DNA of 64,000 nucleotides from assembly GCA_963717315.1 (NCBI GenBank), contig CAVQWA010000019.1, forward strand, positions 131 to 64,130. Reading direction: 5' to 3'. A program made the position numbers and the translations under genes. Origin of the DNA: an uncultured Gemmatimonadales bacterium (lineage in GTDB: Bacteria; Gemmatimonadota; Gemmatimonadetes; Gemmatimonadales; GWC2-71-9). Shown here one piece after another: positions 43,180 through 50,889 of the stretch (positions are counted from its first letter, which is position 1; every line of letters begins with the position of its first letter). Under the pieces are notes generated by a model. That model was not told the DNA's origin. It was given only the letters and a program-made list of their open reading frames with translations, and searched no databases.

Positions 43180-46100
43180 CGCAGCTGACCGACCGCCTGC
43201 AGCGCCACCTCGGCGACCAGTACCGCATCGAGCGGGAACTGGGCGGCGGCGGGATGAGCCACGTCTTCCTCGCCGAGGAGGTTCGGGTCGGCCGGAAGGT
43301 GGTCATCAAGGTGCTCCCGCCCGAAATGTCGGCCGCGGTGAACGTGGACCGCTTCGAGCGGGAGATCCGGCTCGCCGCCCGGCTCTCCCATCCGCACGTG
43401 GTGCCGTTCCTCACCACCGGCGGCGCGGGCGACCTCCTCTACTACGTGATGCCGTACATCGAGGGGGAATCACTCCGCGCCCGCCTCGACCGGGAACACG
43501 AGCTGCCGGTGCCGGAGGCGGTACGGATCCTCCACGAGGTGGCCGACGCCCTCGCCGAGGCGCACCGGATGGGCGTGGTGCACCGGGACATCAAGCCGGA
43601 CAACATCCTGCTCCGGGCGCGGCACGCCCTGGTGGCCGACTTCGGCGTGGCGAAGGCGGTGGCGGAGAGCGGCGGGTCGGGTGCGCTCACTTCGATCGGC
43701 GTGGCCCTCGGCACCCCGGCCTACATGAGCCCCGAGCAGGCGGTGGCGGACCCGAACGTGGACCACCGGACCGACATCTACGCGCTGGGCTGCGTGGCGT
43801 ACGAGATGCTCTGCGGCCGGCCGCCGTTCGAGGGAGGCACGCCGCAGCAGCTCATCGCGGCGCACGTGACCCGGCAGCCCGACCCGGTGGAGCGGTACCG
43901 CGAGATGGTCCCGCCCGCCCTGGCGGCATTGGTGATGCGCTGCCTCGCCAAGAAGCCGGCGGACCGGTTCCAGTCGGTGGACGAACTGCTGCACCAGCTC
44001 GACCTGGTGGCCACGCCCGGCGGGATGACGCCGATCGCGAGCACGCCGGTGGGGACGGCGCCCTACCCCGCGCCCTACCCCGCCACCGGCGCTGTGGCGG
44101 CCGGGCGGCCGGGCGGCTCGGCCGCCCATCCGCTGCGGGTGGCGGCGTACTTCGTCCTGGCCGCGCTGGCCGTCCTGGCCCTCGTCGCCGCCCTCGCCAA
44201 GGGCGTGGGCCTTCCGTCGTGGACCCTCCCGGCGGCGGTGGCGCTCCTCGCCGTGGGGATCCCGGTGATGGTCCTTACCGGCTTGCAGGAGCGGAAGCGA
44301 CACGTCGCCTACACCACCGGCCTGCACGTCCCGACGCCCACCGGGCTCCCGGCGCTCTTCACCTGGCGGCGCGCGTGGCTGGGCGGCGGGCTCGCGTTCG
44401 GCGCGCTGGCGCTCGCCACCGGGGGCTACGCCCTGGCGCGCAACTTCGGCCTCGGCGGGATGGGCACCCTGATGGCCACCGGCGCCCTCGACGCGCGCGA
44501 CCGGATGGTGCTGGCCGACTTCGCCAACCGCACCGCCGACTCCACCCTCGGCGCCTCGGTCACCGACGCGCTCCGGGTGGACCTGGCGCAGAGCCCGGTG
44601 ATCCGGCTGCTCGACGCCGCGGCGGTGGCGGAAGGGCTCCGGCGGATGCAGCGCGACGGCGCCGCCGGGCTCGACGTGGACCTCGCGCGAGAACTGGCGC
44701 AGCGGGAGAACGCCAAGGCGGTGATCGCGGGCGAGATCGGCCCCGTGGGTGCCGGGTTCGTGCTGACCGCGCGGATCGTCGCTGCCGCCGACGGGCGCGA
44801 CCTGGTGTCGCTCCGGGAGACGGCGAAGGACGAGACCGAGATCATCGCGGCGCTCGACAAGCTCTCCAAGCGGCTCCGGGAGCGGGTGGGTGAGTCGCTC
44901 AAGTCGCTGCAGAACACCGAGTCGCTGGAGCAGGTGACCACCGCCTCGATGGAGGCGCTCCGGAAGTACAGCCAGGCGGTCCGGCTCGACGACGCCGGGC
45001 AGTCCGTACCGGCCTACGGGCTGCTCAAGGAGGCGGTGGCGGCGGACTCGACCTTCGCGATGGCGTGGCGGAAGGCTGCAGCGATCGGCCCGCGCGCCGG
45101 GGCGCCGCAGGCGGAAGTCCGGGCGGCGTATCGCCGGGCCTTCGAGCTGCGGGCCCGGCTCCCGGTGCTCGAGCAGCGGCTCACGGAGGCGTCCTTCTAC
45201 AGCCAGGTCGAGATCGACCCGGGAAAGGAGGAGGCGGCCTGGCGCGCCGTCCTGGGCCTCCACCCGGACGAGCGCGTGGCGCTCAACAACCTTGCCCTGG
45301 AATTGAACGAACAGGGGCGCTACGTCGAGGCGGAGTCGCTGGCACGGCGAGCGGTGCCGGTTGACCGGAGCTGGTTTTCCTACGGCCACCTGGCGGCGGC
45401 GCTCACGGGGCAGGGGCGCTTCGCCGAGGCCGACTCGGTCCTCCAGGAGCTGGCCGCGAACTCGCCGGGCAGCCCCCGGAACGACTGGCTCCAGGCGATG
45501 GCCGCTTATTCGCGGCGCGACTACGCCCGGGGCGACAGCCTGAGCGCCGAGCTCAAGCGCCGGTTCCCCGGCGCCTCGGAGCACCTCGCCAGCATGAACC
45601 TGCGCGCGGGATCGGCGCGCGCCACCGGGCGGCTGGCCCAGGAAGCCCGGCTGACCGACTCGGTCCGGGCGCTCGCCACCAGCATCGGGAATGCCGGTGC
45701 CCGGCACGAAGCGGTGCTTCGCCTGGTGGACGCCGACCACGCCTTCCGGCCCGTACCCCGCTACGCCGCGGCCGACGTCGATTCCGTGCTCCGGGCGTAC
45801 CCGTTCGACAGCGTCCCGGTCGAGGACCGGTCGTATTACTGGTTCGCCACGACCTACGCCGACCTGGGCGACCTGGCCAGCGCCCGGCGCCTCCTGGCCG
45901 AGGGGGACCGCGTCCTGCCGGCCTACCTCCGGAGCGGTGAGGCACGACTGACAGCCGAGGGCGCCGTGGCGATGGCGGAATCCCGCTGGCGCGACGCCGT
46001 GGCCCGGTTCCGGGCGGCGGAGGCGGCGCCGGACGCGTGGTGCCGCAACTGCCTCGCGTTCGCACAGGGCAAGGCGTTCGACCGGATGGGCGAGGCCGAC

Positions 46101-46346
46101 TCGGCGCTGGCGCAATACGAGCGGGGGATCCGCTCCCCGGAGCACCCGCGGCTCCGCTCCGACGCCGCCGGGCTCGCAACCGCCCTCCGCCGTGCCGGCG
46201 AGCTCGCCGAGCAGAAGGGCGACCGGGCCAGGGCCCGGGAGTACTACACCCAGTTCCTGGACCTCTGGGCCCGGGCCGACGCCGACCTGCAGCCGGTGGT
46301 GCGGGACGTGCGGGGCCGGCTGGCGGCGCTGGGGGGGGACAGGTAG
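43176..46346 (+). CDS. Ser/Thr protein kinase with TM segment and periplasmic TPR-like domain (paralogue of the preceding gene)
   Basis: 1056 aa. ATG 43176 overlaps the upstream TGA (ATGA). MTQLTDRLQRHLGDQYRIERELGGGGMSHVFLA, HRDIKPDN, DFGVAK. Collinear with the preceding kinase over its whole length. Confidence 0.9.
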   Translation: MTQLTDRLQRHLGDQYRIERELGGGGMSHVFLAEEVRVGRKVVIKVLPPEMSAAVNVDRFEREIRLAARLSHPHVVPFLTTGGAGDLLYYVMPYIEGESLRARLDREHELPVPEAVRILHEVADALAEAHRMGVVHRDIKPDNILLRARHALVADFGVAKAVAESGGSGALTSIGVALGTPAYMSPEQAVADPNVDHRTDIYALGCVAYEMLCGRPPFEGGTPQQLIAAHVTRQPDPVERYREMVPPALAALVMRCLAKKPADRFQSVDELLHQLDLVATPGGMTPIASTPVGTAPYPAPYPATGAVAAGRPGGSAAHPLRVAAYFVLAALAVLALVAALAKGVGLPSWTLPAAVALLAVGIPVMVLTGLQERKRHVAYTTGLHVPTPTGLPALFTWRRAWLGGGLAFGALALATGGYALARNFGLGGMGTLMATGALDARDRMVLADFANRTADSTLGASVTDALRVDLAQSPVIRLLDAAAVAEGLRRMQRDGAAGLDVDLARELAQRENAKAVIAGEIGPVGAGFVLTARIVAAADGRDLVSLRETAKDETEIIAALDKLSKRLRERVGESLKSLQNTESLEQVTTASMEALRKYSQAVRLDDAGQSVPAYGLLKEAVAADSTFAMAWRKAAAIGPRAGAPQAEVRAAYRRAFELRARLPVLEQRLTEASFYSQVEIDPGKEEAAWRAVLGLHPDERVALNNLALELNEQGRYVEAESLARRAVPVDRSWFSYGHLAAALTGQGRFAEADSVLQELAANSPGSPRNDWLQAMAAYSRRDYARGDSLSAELKRRFPGASEHLASMNLRAGSARATGRLAQEARLTDSVRALATSIGNAGARHEAVLRLVDADHAFRPVPRYAAADVDSVLRAYPFDSVPVEDRSYYWFATTYADLGDLASARRLLAEGDRVLPAYLRSGEARLTAEGAVAMAESRWRDAVARFRAAEAAPDAWCRNCLAFAQGKAFDRMGEADSALAQYERGIRSPEHPRLRSDAAGLATALRRAGELAEQKGDRARAREYYTQFLDLWARADADLQPVVRDVRGRLAALGGDR

Positions 46347-46414
46347 ACGGGAAGACGGGAAGACGGGAAGACGGGAAGTTACGACCCGCCTTCCCGTCGT
46401 TCCGTCTTTCCGAC
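46346..46414. repeat. Octamer (GACGGGAA) tandem array with inverted partner: hairpin between convergent genes
   Basis: GACGGGAA x4 (46346-46377), a 13-nt loop, then TTCCCGTC GTTCCGTC TTTCCGAC (46391-46414). The first unit shares the G of the kinase TAG stop. Confidence 0.9.
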
Positions 46415-46419
46415 CGAGC

Positions 46420-46980
46420 CTACCTCCGCCTGAACGCCACCACGCCGAGGGGCAGCAGTACCAGCGGCAGGAGCGCGAGGTTCACGCCGTCCTCGTCATC
46501 CATCCCGGCCAGCGTCTTCAACTGCGACTCGATCTCCTGCGCGGTCGGGTCGGTCGGGATGGTCCACTCGCCCTGCCTCCGGTTCGGCACCTTGATCGAA
46601 CGGACTTCACCGTCCGGTCCGACACCCACCAGTGCCGTCGCACCACCCTTCCCGTTCACCGCGCCGGTCGTGATCACCAGCAGCCACGCCCCCTCCTTCG
46701 GCCACGACTGGTCGAGGGCGAAGACGGCACCGCGCGAGGTCTCGCGGAAGGCGAGCGGGATGGAGGTGCGCTTCCCGTTCACGAGGCCCTCGGCGCGGCC
46801 CACGATGTTCATCGTGATCGCGCGCTCGTGGTGGAAGGAGTGCACCAGCAGGTAGGCGCCGCGGCTGGTACGGTCGAGGGGGTTCGCCGGGAGCTCGATC
46901 GAGACCCAGGGCGGACCGGCCACCGCGATGGCGGGGAGCGCGAGCAGGGCAGCGGCGGCGAGGGCGAGGGAGCGGGGCAT
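46420..46980 (-). CDS. Secreted hypothetical protein with C-terminal TM-plus-RRR tail
   Basis: Track ORF 46420..47043 with the start at ATG 46978-46980 (MPRSLALAAAALLALPAIAVAG). Ends ...GMDDEDGVNLALLPLVLLPLGVVAFRRR. Confidence 0.65.
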   Translation of the reverse strand: MPRSLALAAAALLALPAIAVAGPPWVSIELPANPLDRTSRGAYLLVHSFHHERAITMNIVGRAEGLVNGKRTSIPLAFRETSRGAVFALDQSWPKEGAWLLVITTGAVNGKGGATALVGVGPDGEVRSIKVPNRRQGEWTIPTDPTAQEIESQLKTLAGMDDEDGVNLALLPLVLLPLGVVAFRRR

Positions 46981-46991
46981 GGGGACCTCAC

Positions 46992-47024
46992 GGGGAACGG
47001 GGAACGGGGGAACCGGGAACGGGG
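46992..47024 (+). repeat. Tandem GGGGAAC heptamers, G-quadruplex motif
   Basis: GGGGAACGGGGAACGGGGGAACCGGGAACGGGG, 12 nt upstream of the minus-strand start at 46980. Confidence 0.9.
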
Positions 47025-47079
47025 TTGTTCCGCGCCTCCACATTCACTCCGATGCCGGCGGTCGCCGATCGGTTGACGG

Positions 47080-47979
47080 CTACCTCTTCCCCGCCGCGAG
47101 GCCCTCCGCCCGGCCGACGATGATGTCTCCCTTGAAGCTCCGGGCCGTGATCACGGCGCCGCTGGCGTCGGTCCCGAAGCTCAGCTCCCGACCCCGTCCG
47201 CCCGGCCCCGGGTGCGGCTTCGTCGCGGTGAGCCGGTTCGTGATCGTGCCTCCCAGCGTGCTCAACTCGAAGATCGCCGCGACGCCCGGTGCGATGAGCA
47301 GTTCCGCCGTGCCCGCGTGGGTCTCGATCGAGATCGTGCCGGTCCGATCCGGCGCCGCGGCGAATCGCACGTCGCCGGTCACCGTCTCCACCCGCGCGCG
47401 GCCGAGCCGGCGGGCCTCCACCGCCACCGCGCCGCTGACGCTCGACGCGACGAGGTCGTCGGCGCTGCCGAGGAAGCGCACCGCCCCCCCGGCCGACTTG
47501 AGCCGCACCCAGGTCATCTCGCCTTCGACCGTCACGGCACCGTCCATCGTCTCGACCGAGAGGGTGCGGACCGGCCCGGCCACCTGGATCCGCCCACCGA
47601 CGCTGTACACGTCCACCTGCCCCGCCACGCCGGCCACGTCCACCGTGGCCTCGTCGGTCTTGATCCAGACCCTCGCGTTCCGCGGGACCATCACCTGAAG
47701 CTCGGCCCGCGGCGGGGTGGTCCCCTTGGGCTCGACGCCCATCTTGGCCGCCCCCCCCCGCCCGCCGGCATAGAACATCCCTTCACCCGGCGGGACGTTC
47801 CCGGAGACGGCCACCGAGTCGCGGTCCCACCCGCGGACCGTAATGGAGCCGGCGAGGTTGAGGATGCGGATCGCCGCGTCCCGGTCGAGCGGGAAGCCGC
47901 GGTTCAATTGCTGGGCCCCGGCGGGGACGGCGATGACGGCCAGCGCCGCGAGGAGGAGGACGGAACGGGATCGCATCAT
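47080..47979 (-). CDS. DUF4097-domain (putative beta-helical adhesin-like) secreted protein
   Basis: 299 aa with a signal peptide. Repeated ...G.I.V.G... strands (SGAVAVEA, TGDVRFAA, GDIIVGR) are typical of DUF4097. Directly downstream of the sigma/anti-sigma pair. Confidence 0.75.
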   Translation of the reverse strand: MMRSRSVLLLAALAVIAVPAGAQQLNRGFPLDRDAAIRILNLAGSITVRGWDRDSVAVSGNVPPGEGMFYAGGRGGAAKMGVEPKGTTPPRAELQVMVPRNARVWIKTDEATVDVAGVAGQVDVYSVGGRIQVAGPVRTLSVETMDGAVTVEGEMTWVRLKSAGGAVRFLGSADDLVASSVSGAVAVEARRLGRARVETVTGDVRFAAAPDRTGTISIETHAGTAELLIAPGVAAIFELSTLGGTITNRLTATKPHPGPGGRGRELSFGTDASGAVITARSFKGDIIVGRAEGLAAGKR

Positions 47980-47985
47980 GGTTCC

Positions 47986-48636
47986 TCAGGACTCGGAGCC
48001 GAGCCGCGTGGCCCGCTCCAGGAGGTCGAGCTTCTGGCGGTACGCGGCGAGGAGCATCCCACCGGCGTCGGGGTCCGCCGGGCGCTCCAGGACGGAGGCG
48101 CGCGCCTCGGCGATGGCGGCATCCACCACGGCGAGGTGACGGCCGAGGGCCTCGCGCACCGACGGAGTGAGCGCCGCCTCGGCGTCAAGCGCGCGGACGA
48201 GCTCGGCGGTGGCGCGCTGGTAGTCGGCTTCGAGGGCGGCGAGTCGGGGGTCGAGGGCGGCGCCCGCAGAGTCACGAGTCGCGAGTCGCGAGTCGCGGTC
48301 CCGGACCACGAGTACGGTGGCCAGGCTGGACAATGTCACCAGCAGCACCGCCGCGGCGGCGAGGAGCCAGGGCGACCGCGGGGAGCGGGAAGCGGGGGGA
48401 GTCGCGAGTCGCGAGTCGCGAGTCGTGAGTCGTTCCAGGGCAGCCCACACCGCCGGCGGCGGCGTGATCTCCGCCGGGGCGCGGCGGGCGCGCTCGCGGA
48501 TCGCCAGCAGGTCTGCGTGGAGGGCAGCGCAGGCGGCGCAGGCGGCAAGGTGGGCCTCGACCTCGGCCCGCTCGGCACCCGAAAGCTCGCCGTCGAGCAG
48601 GGCGTCGATCCGCACGTCCATTTCAGCGCAGGTCAT
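47986..48636 (-). CDS. Anti-sigma factor (zf-HC2 type), single-pass membrane protein
   Basis: 216 aa. N-terminal MTCAEM...EAHLAACAACAALHADL is a zf-HC2 motif. TM segment PWLLAAAAVLLVTLSSLATVLVV. ATGA overlap with the sigma gene stop. Confidence 0.85.
   Translation of the reverse strand: MTCAEMDVRIDALLDGELSGAERAEVEAHLAACAACAALHADLLAIRERARRAPAEITPPPAVWAALERLTTRDSRLATPPASRSPRSPWLLAAAAVLLVTLSSLATVLVVRDRDSRLATRDSAGAALDPRLAALEADYQRATAELVRALDAEAALTPSVREALGRHLAVVDAAIAEARASVLERPADPDAGGMLLAAYRQKLDLLERATRLGSES
48269..48296. repeat. GAGTCGC heptamer array (4 units) inside the anti-sigma gene
   Basis: GAGTCAC GAGTCGC GAGTCGC GAGTCGC. Encodes RDRDSRLATRDS immediately after the TM helix. Confidence 0.9.
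48399..48433. repeat. GAGTCGC heptamer array (5 units) inside the anti-sigma gene
   Basis: GAGTCGC x3 then GAGTCGT x2. Encodes LTTRDSRLATP immediately before the TM helix. Confidence 0.9.
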
Positions 48637-49214
48637 CGGGACAGGGCCTCCCGCAGCAGGCGCCGCGCGCGAAACAGCTGGGTCTTGGTGGTGCCGGTGG
48701 TGACGCCGCTCATCTCGGCGATCTCCGCGTGGGTGTAGCCCTCCACCTCGTGGAGGACGAAGACGGCCCGGGCCCCGGGCGGCAGGCCCTCGAGTGCGGC
48801 GCGGAGGTCCATGTCGAACCCCGCCTCGGCGGCCGGGGCCGAGGCGCCCAGCAACTCCAGGTCGCCAAAGGGCTCGACCCGCCGGAGGCGGCGGGCGGTC
48901 GTGCGCCGGTGTTCCAGCACCACGTTCACAGCGATCCGGTGCAGCCAGGTCGAGACCCGCGCCTCACCGCGGAAGTCCGGCAGCGCCCGCCAGGCGCGAA
49001 TGAAGACATCTTGCGTCAGCTCCTCCGCCGTGGCGGTGTCCCGCTCGAGCCGGAGGCAGAGCGCGTGCACCCGGGGGGCGTGCGCGGCATAGAGCGCCCG
49101 GAAGGCCACCGGATCGCCCGCCCTGGCGGGCGCGGGTGGGTCGCTCACGGCAACCCGGGGTGCGGCACGGCGAGCGGGAGGCGCAGGCGGCTCCAGGGCG
49201 AGGGCATCGGGCAT
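48633..49214 (-). CDS. ECF (sigma-70 family group 4) RNA polymerase sigma factor
   Basis: C-terminal 193 aa of track ORF 48633..49607, ATG 49212-49214. Region 2 is AEELTQDVFIRAWRAL. Region 4 HTH is GYTHAEIAEMSGVTTGTTKTQLFRARRLL. Confidence 0.88.
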   Translation of the reverse strand: MPDALALEPPAPPARRAAPRVAVSDPPAPARAGDPVAFRALYAAHAPRVHALCLRLERDTATAEELTQDVFIRAWRALPDFRGEARVSTWLHRIAVNVVLEHRRTTARRLRRVEPFGDLELLGASAPAAEAGFDMDLRAALEGLPPGARAVFVLHEVEGYTHAEIAEMSGVTTGTTKTQLFRARRLLREALSR

Positions 49215-49332
49215 CCTGGCACTGGGATGCCGGCCGCCGCCGCAGGGTTGACGGCATCCGGGTGCGTCCCGGGCGACGAAGTGATAGTATACGCCCGCTT
49301 GCCCCTGCCGTTCAGCCTTCGCTGGAGGTCGT

Positions 49333-50880
49333 ATGTCCCGTACCCTCGCGCGGCGCGCACTCCCCGCGCTCGTCGCCCTGCTCCTCGCCAGCCCCGCCGC
49401 CGCCCAGCAGGTCGTGACCGAGCGGCTCGACCTGGCCGCACTCGCGAAGATCCGGGCGGAAGCCACCGAGCACTCCCGGATCGAGTCGCTGGCGGGATAC
49501 CTCACCGACGTCATCGGGCCCCGCCTCACCGGGTCGCCCTCGATGGACCGCGCCAACGACTGGGCGGTGGCCACCTTCACGAAGTGGGGCCTCGCCAAAC
49601 CCGGCACCGAGGCGTGGGACTCCGCCTTCGGCCGCGGCTGGGAACGGGTGAGCTACAGCGGCCGCTTCCTCGAGCCGTTCGTGCAGCCGCTGAACGCCAC
49701 GAGCCAGGCCTGGTCGGGGAGCACGAAGGGCACGGTCACTTGCCGAGTGGTCGCGATGGAGGTTCAGGACACCGCCGAGCTGGCGCAGTGGCGCGGCAAG
49801 CTCAAGGGCGCCTGCGTGCTCCGGAATCCGCCGGCCGACATCCCGCCGGAATTCGATCCCACGCCCCGCCGGCTCGACGCCGACTCCCTGCTCGCGCCGG
49901 TCCCGGAACGGCCCCAGGGGCCGGGCCAGCGCGACCCCGACCGGATGGCGCGGTTCCGCCAGATGCAGGCCGTGAACCAGGCGGTCGGCGCCTTCCTCCG
50001 CGCCGAGCAGCCCACGGCGCTCCTGATTCCCTCGGGCTGGACCTACCACATCCTGCGCACCGGCGGGCATCCCGACGGCCGGCTGGCGCGCGACAGCGTC
50101 TACAACCCGATCCCGGCCCTGCTGGTGAGCCACGAGCACTACGGCCAGATGTGGCGGAACGCGAAGCGCGGCGTCCCGGTGCGGCTCGAGCTCAACGTGC
50201 GGAACCGGTTCCTCGACGCCGACCGCTCGGAGCGGAACGCGTTCGCCGAGATTCCCGGCGGCGACAAGGCGGACGAGCTGGTGATGATCGGGGCGCATTT
50301 CGACAGCTGGCACAGCGGCACCGGTGCCACCGACAACGGGGCCGGCTCGGTCGTCATGATGGAGGCGATGCGGATCCTGAAGGCCACCGGGCTCCCGATG
50401 CGCCGCACGGTGCGGATCGGCCTCTGGAGCGGTGAGGAGCAGGGCCTCATCGGTTCGCGCTCCTGGGTGCGGGCGCACGGCGCCGACCTCGGCAAGGTCT
50501 CCGCCTACCTCAACGTGGACAACGGCGCCGGGCGGCTCCGGGGGATCTGGACCCAGTCGAACGCGGCGGCCGGCCCGGTCTTCGAGGCGATCTTCAGCCC
50601 GCTGGCGGACCTCGGCGTCGTCGCGGTGCGGCACGGCAACACCGGCGGCACCGACCACCTCGCGTTCGACGCGGCGGGCGTGCCAGGATTCAACTACATC
50701 CAGGATCCGCTGGAGTACGGGATCCGCACCCATCACTCGAACGCGGACACCTACGAGCGGTTCGTGATGGACGACCTGAAGCAGGCGGCCACGGTCGTCG
50801 CGTGGACGGTCTACACGCTGGCCAACCGCGAGGAGATGATGCCGCGGAAACCGGCGGGAGAACAGGCCACGGCGCGGTAA
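49333..50880 (+). CDS. M28-family aminopeptidase with PA domain, secreted
   Basis: 515 aa with a signal peptide. MIGAHFDSWHSGTGATDNGAGSVVMMEAMR, GLWSGEEQGLIGS, TDHLAFD. Confidence 0.88.
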   Translation: MSRTLARRALPALVALLLASPAAAQQVVTERLDLAALAKIRAEATEHSRIESLAGYLTDVIGPRLTGSPSMDRANDWAVATFTKWGLAKPGTEAWDSAFGRGWERVSYSGRFLEPFVQPLNATSQAWSGSTKGTVTCRVVAMEVQDTAELAQWRGKLKGACVLRNPPADIPPEFDPTPRRLDADSLLAPVPERPQGPGQRDPDRMARFRQMQAVNQAVGAFLRAEQPTALLIPSGWTYHILRTGGHPDGRLARDSVYNPIPALLVSHEHYGQMWRNAKRGVPVRLELNVRNRFLDADRSERNAFAEIPGGDKADELVMIGAHFDSWHSGTGATDNGAGSVVMMEAMRILKATGLPMRRTVRIGLWSGEEQGLIGSRSWVRAHGADLGKVSAYLNVDNGAGRLRGIWTQSNAAAGPVFEAIFSPLADLGVVAVRHGNTGGTDHLAFDAAGVPGFNYIQDPLEYGIRTHHSNADTYERFVMDDLKQAATVVAWTVYTLANREEMMPRKPAGEQATAR

Positions 50881-50889
50881 CCGGGCCGC

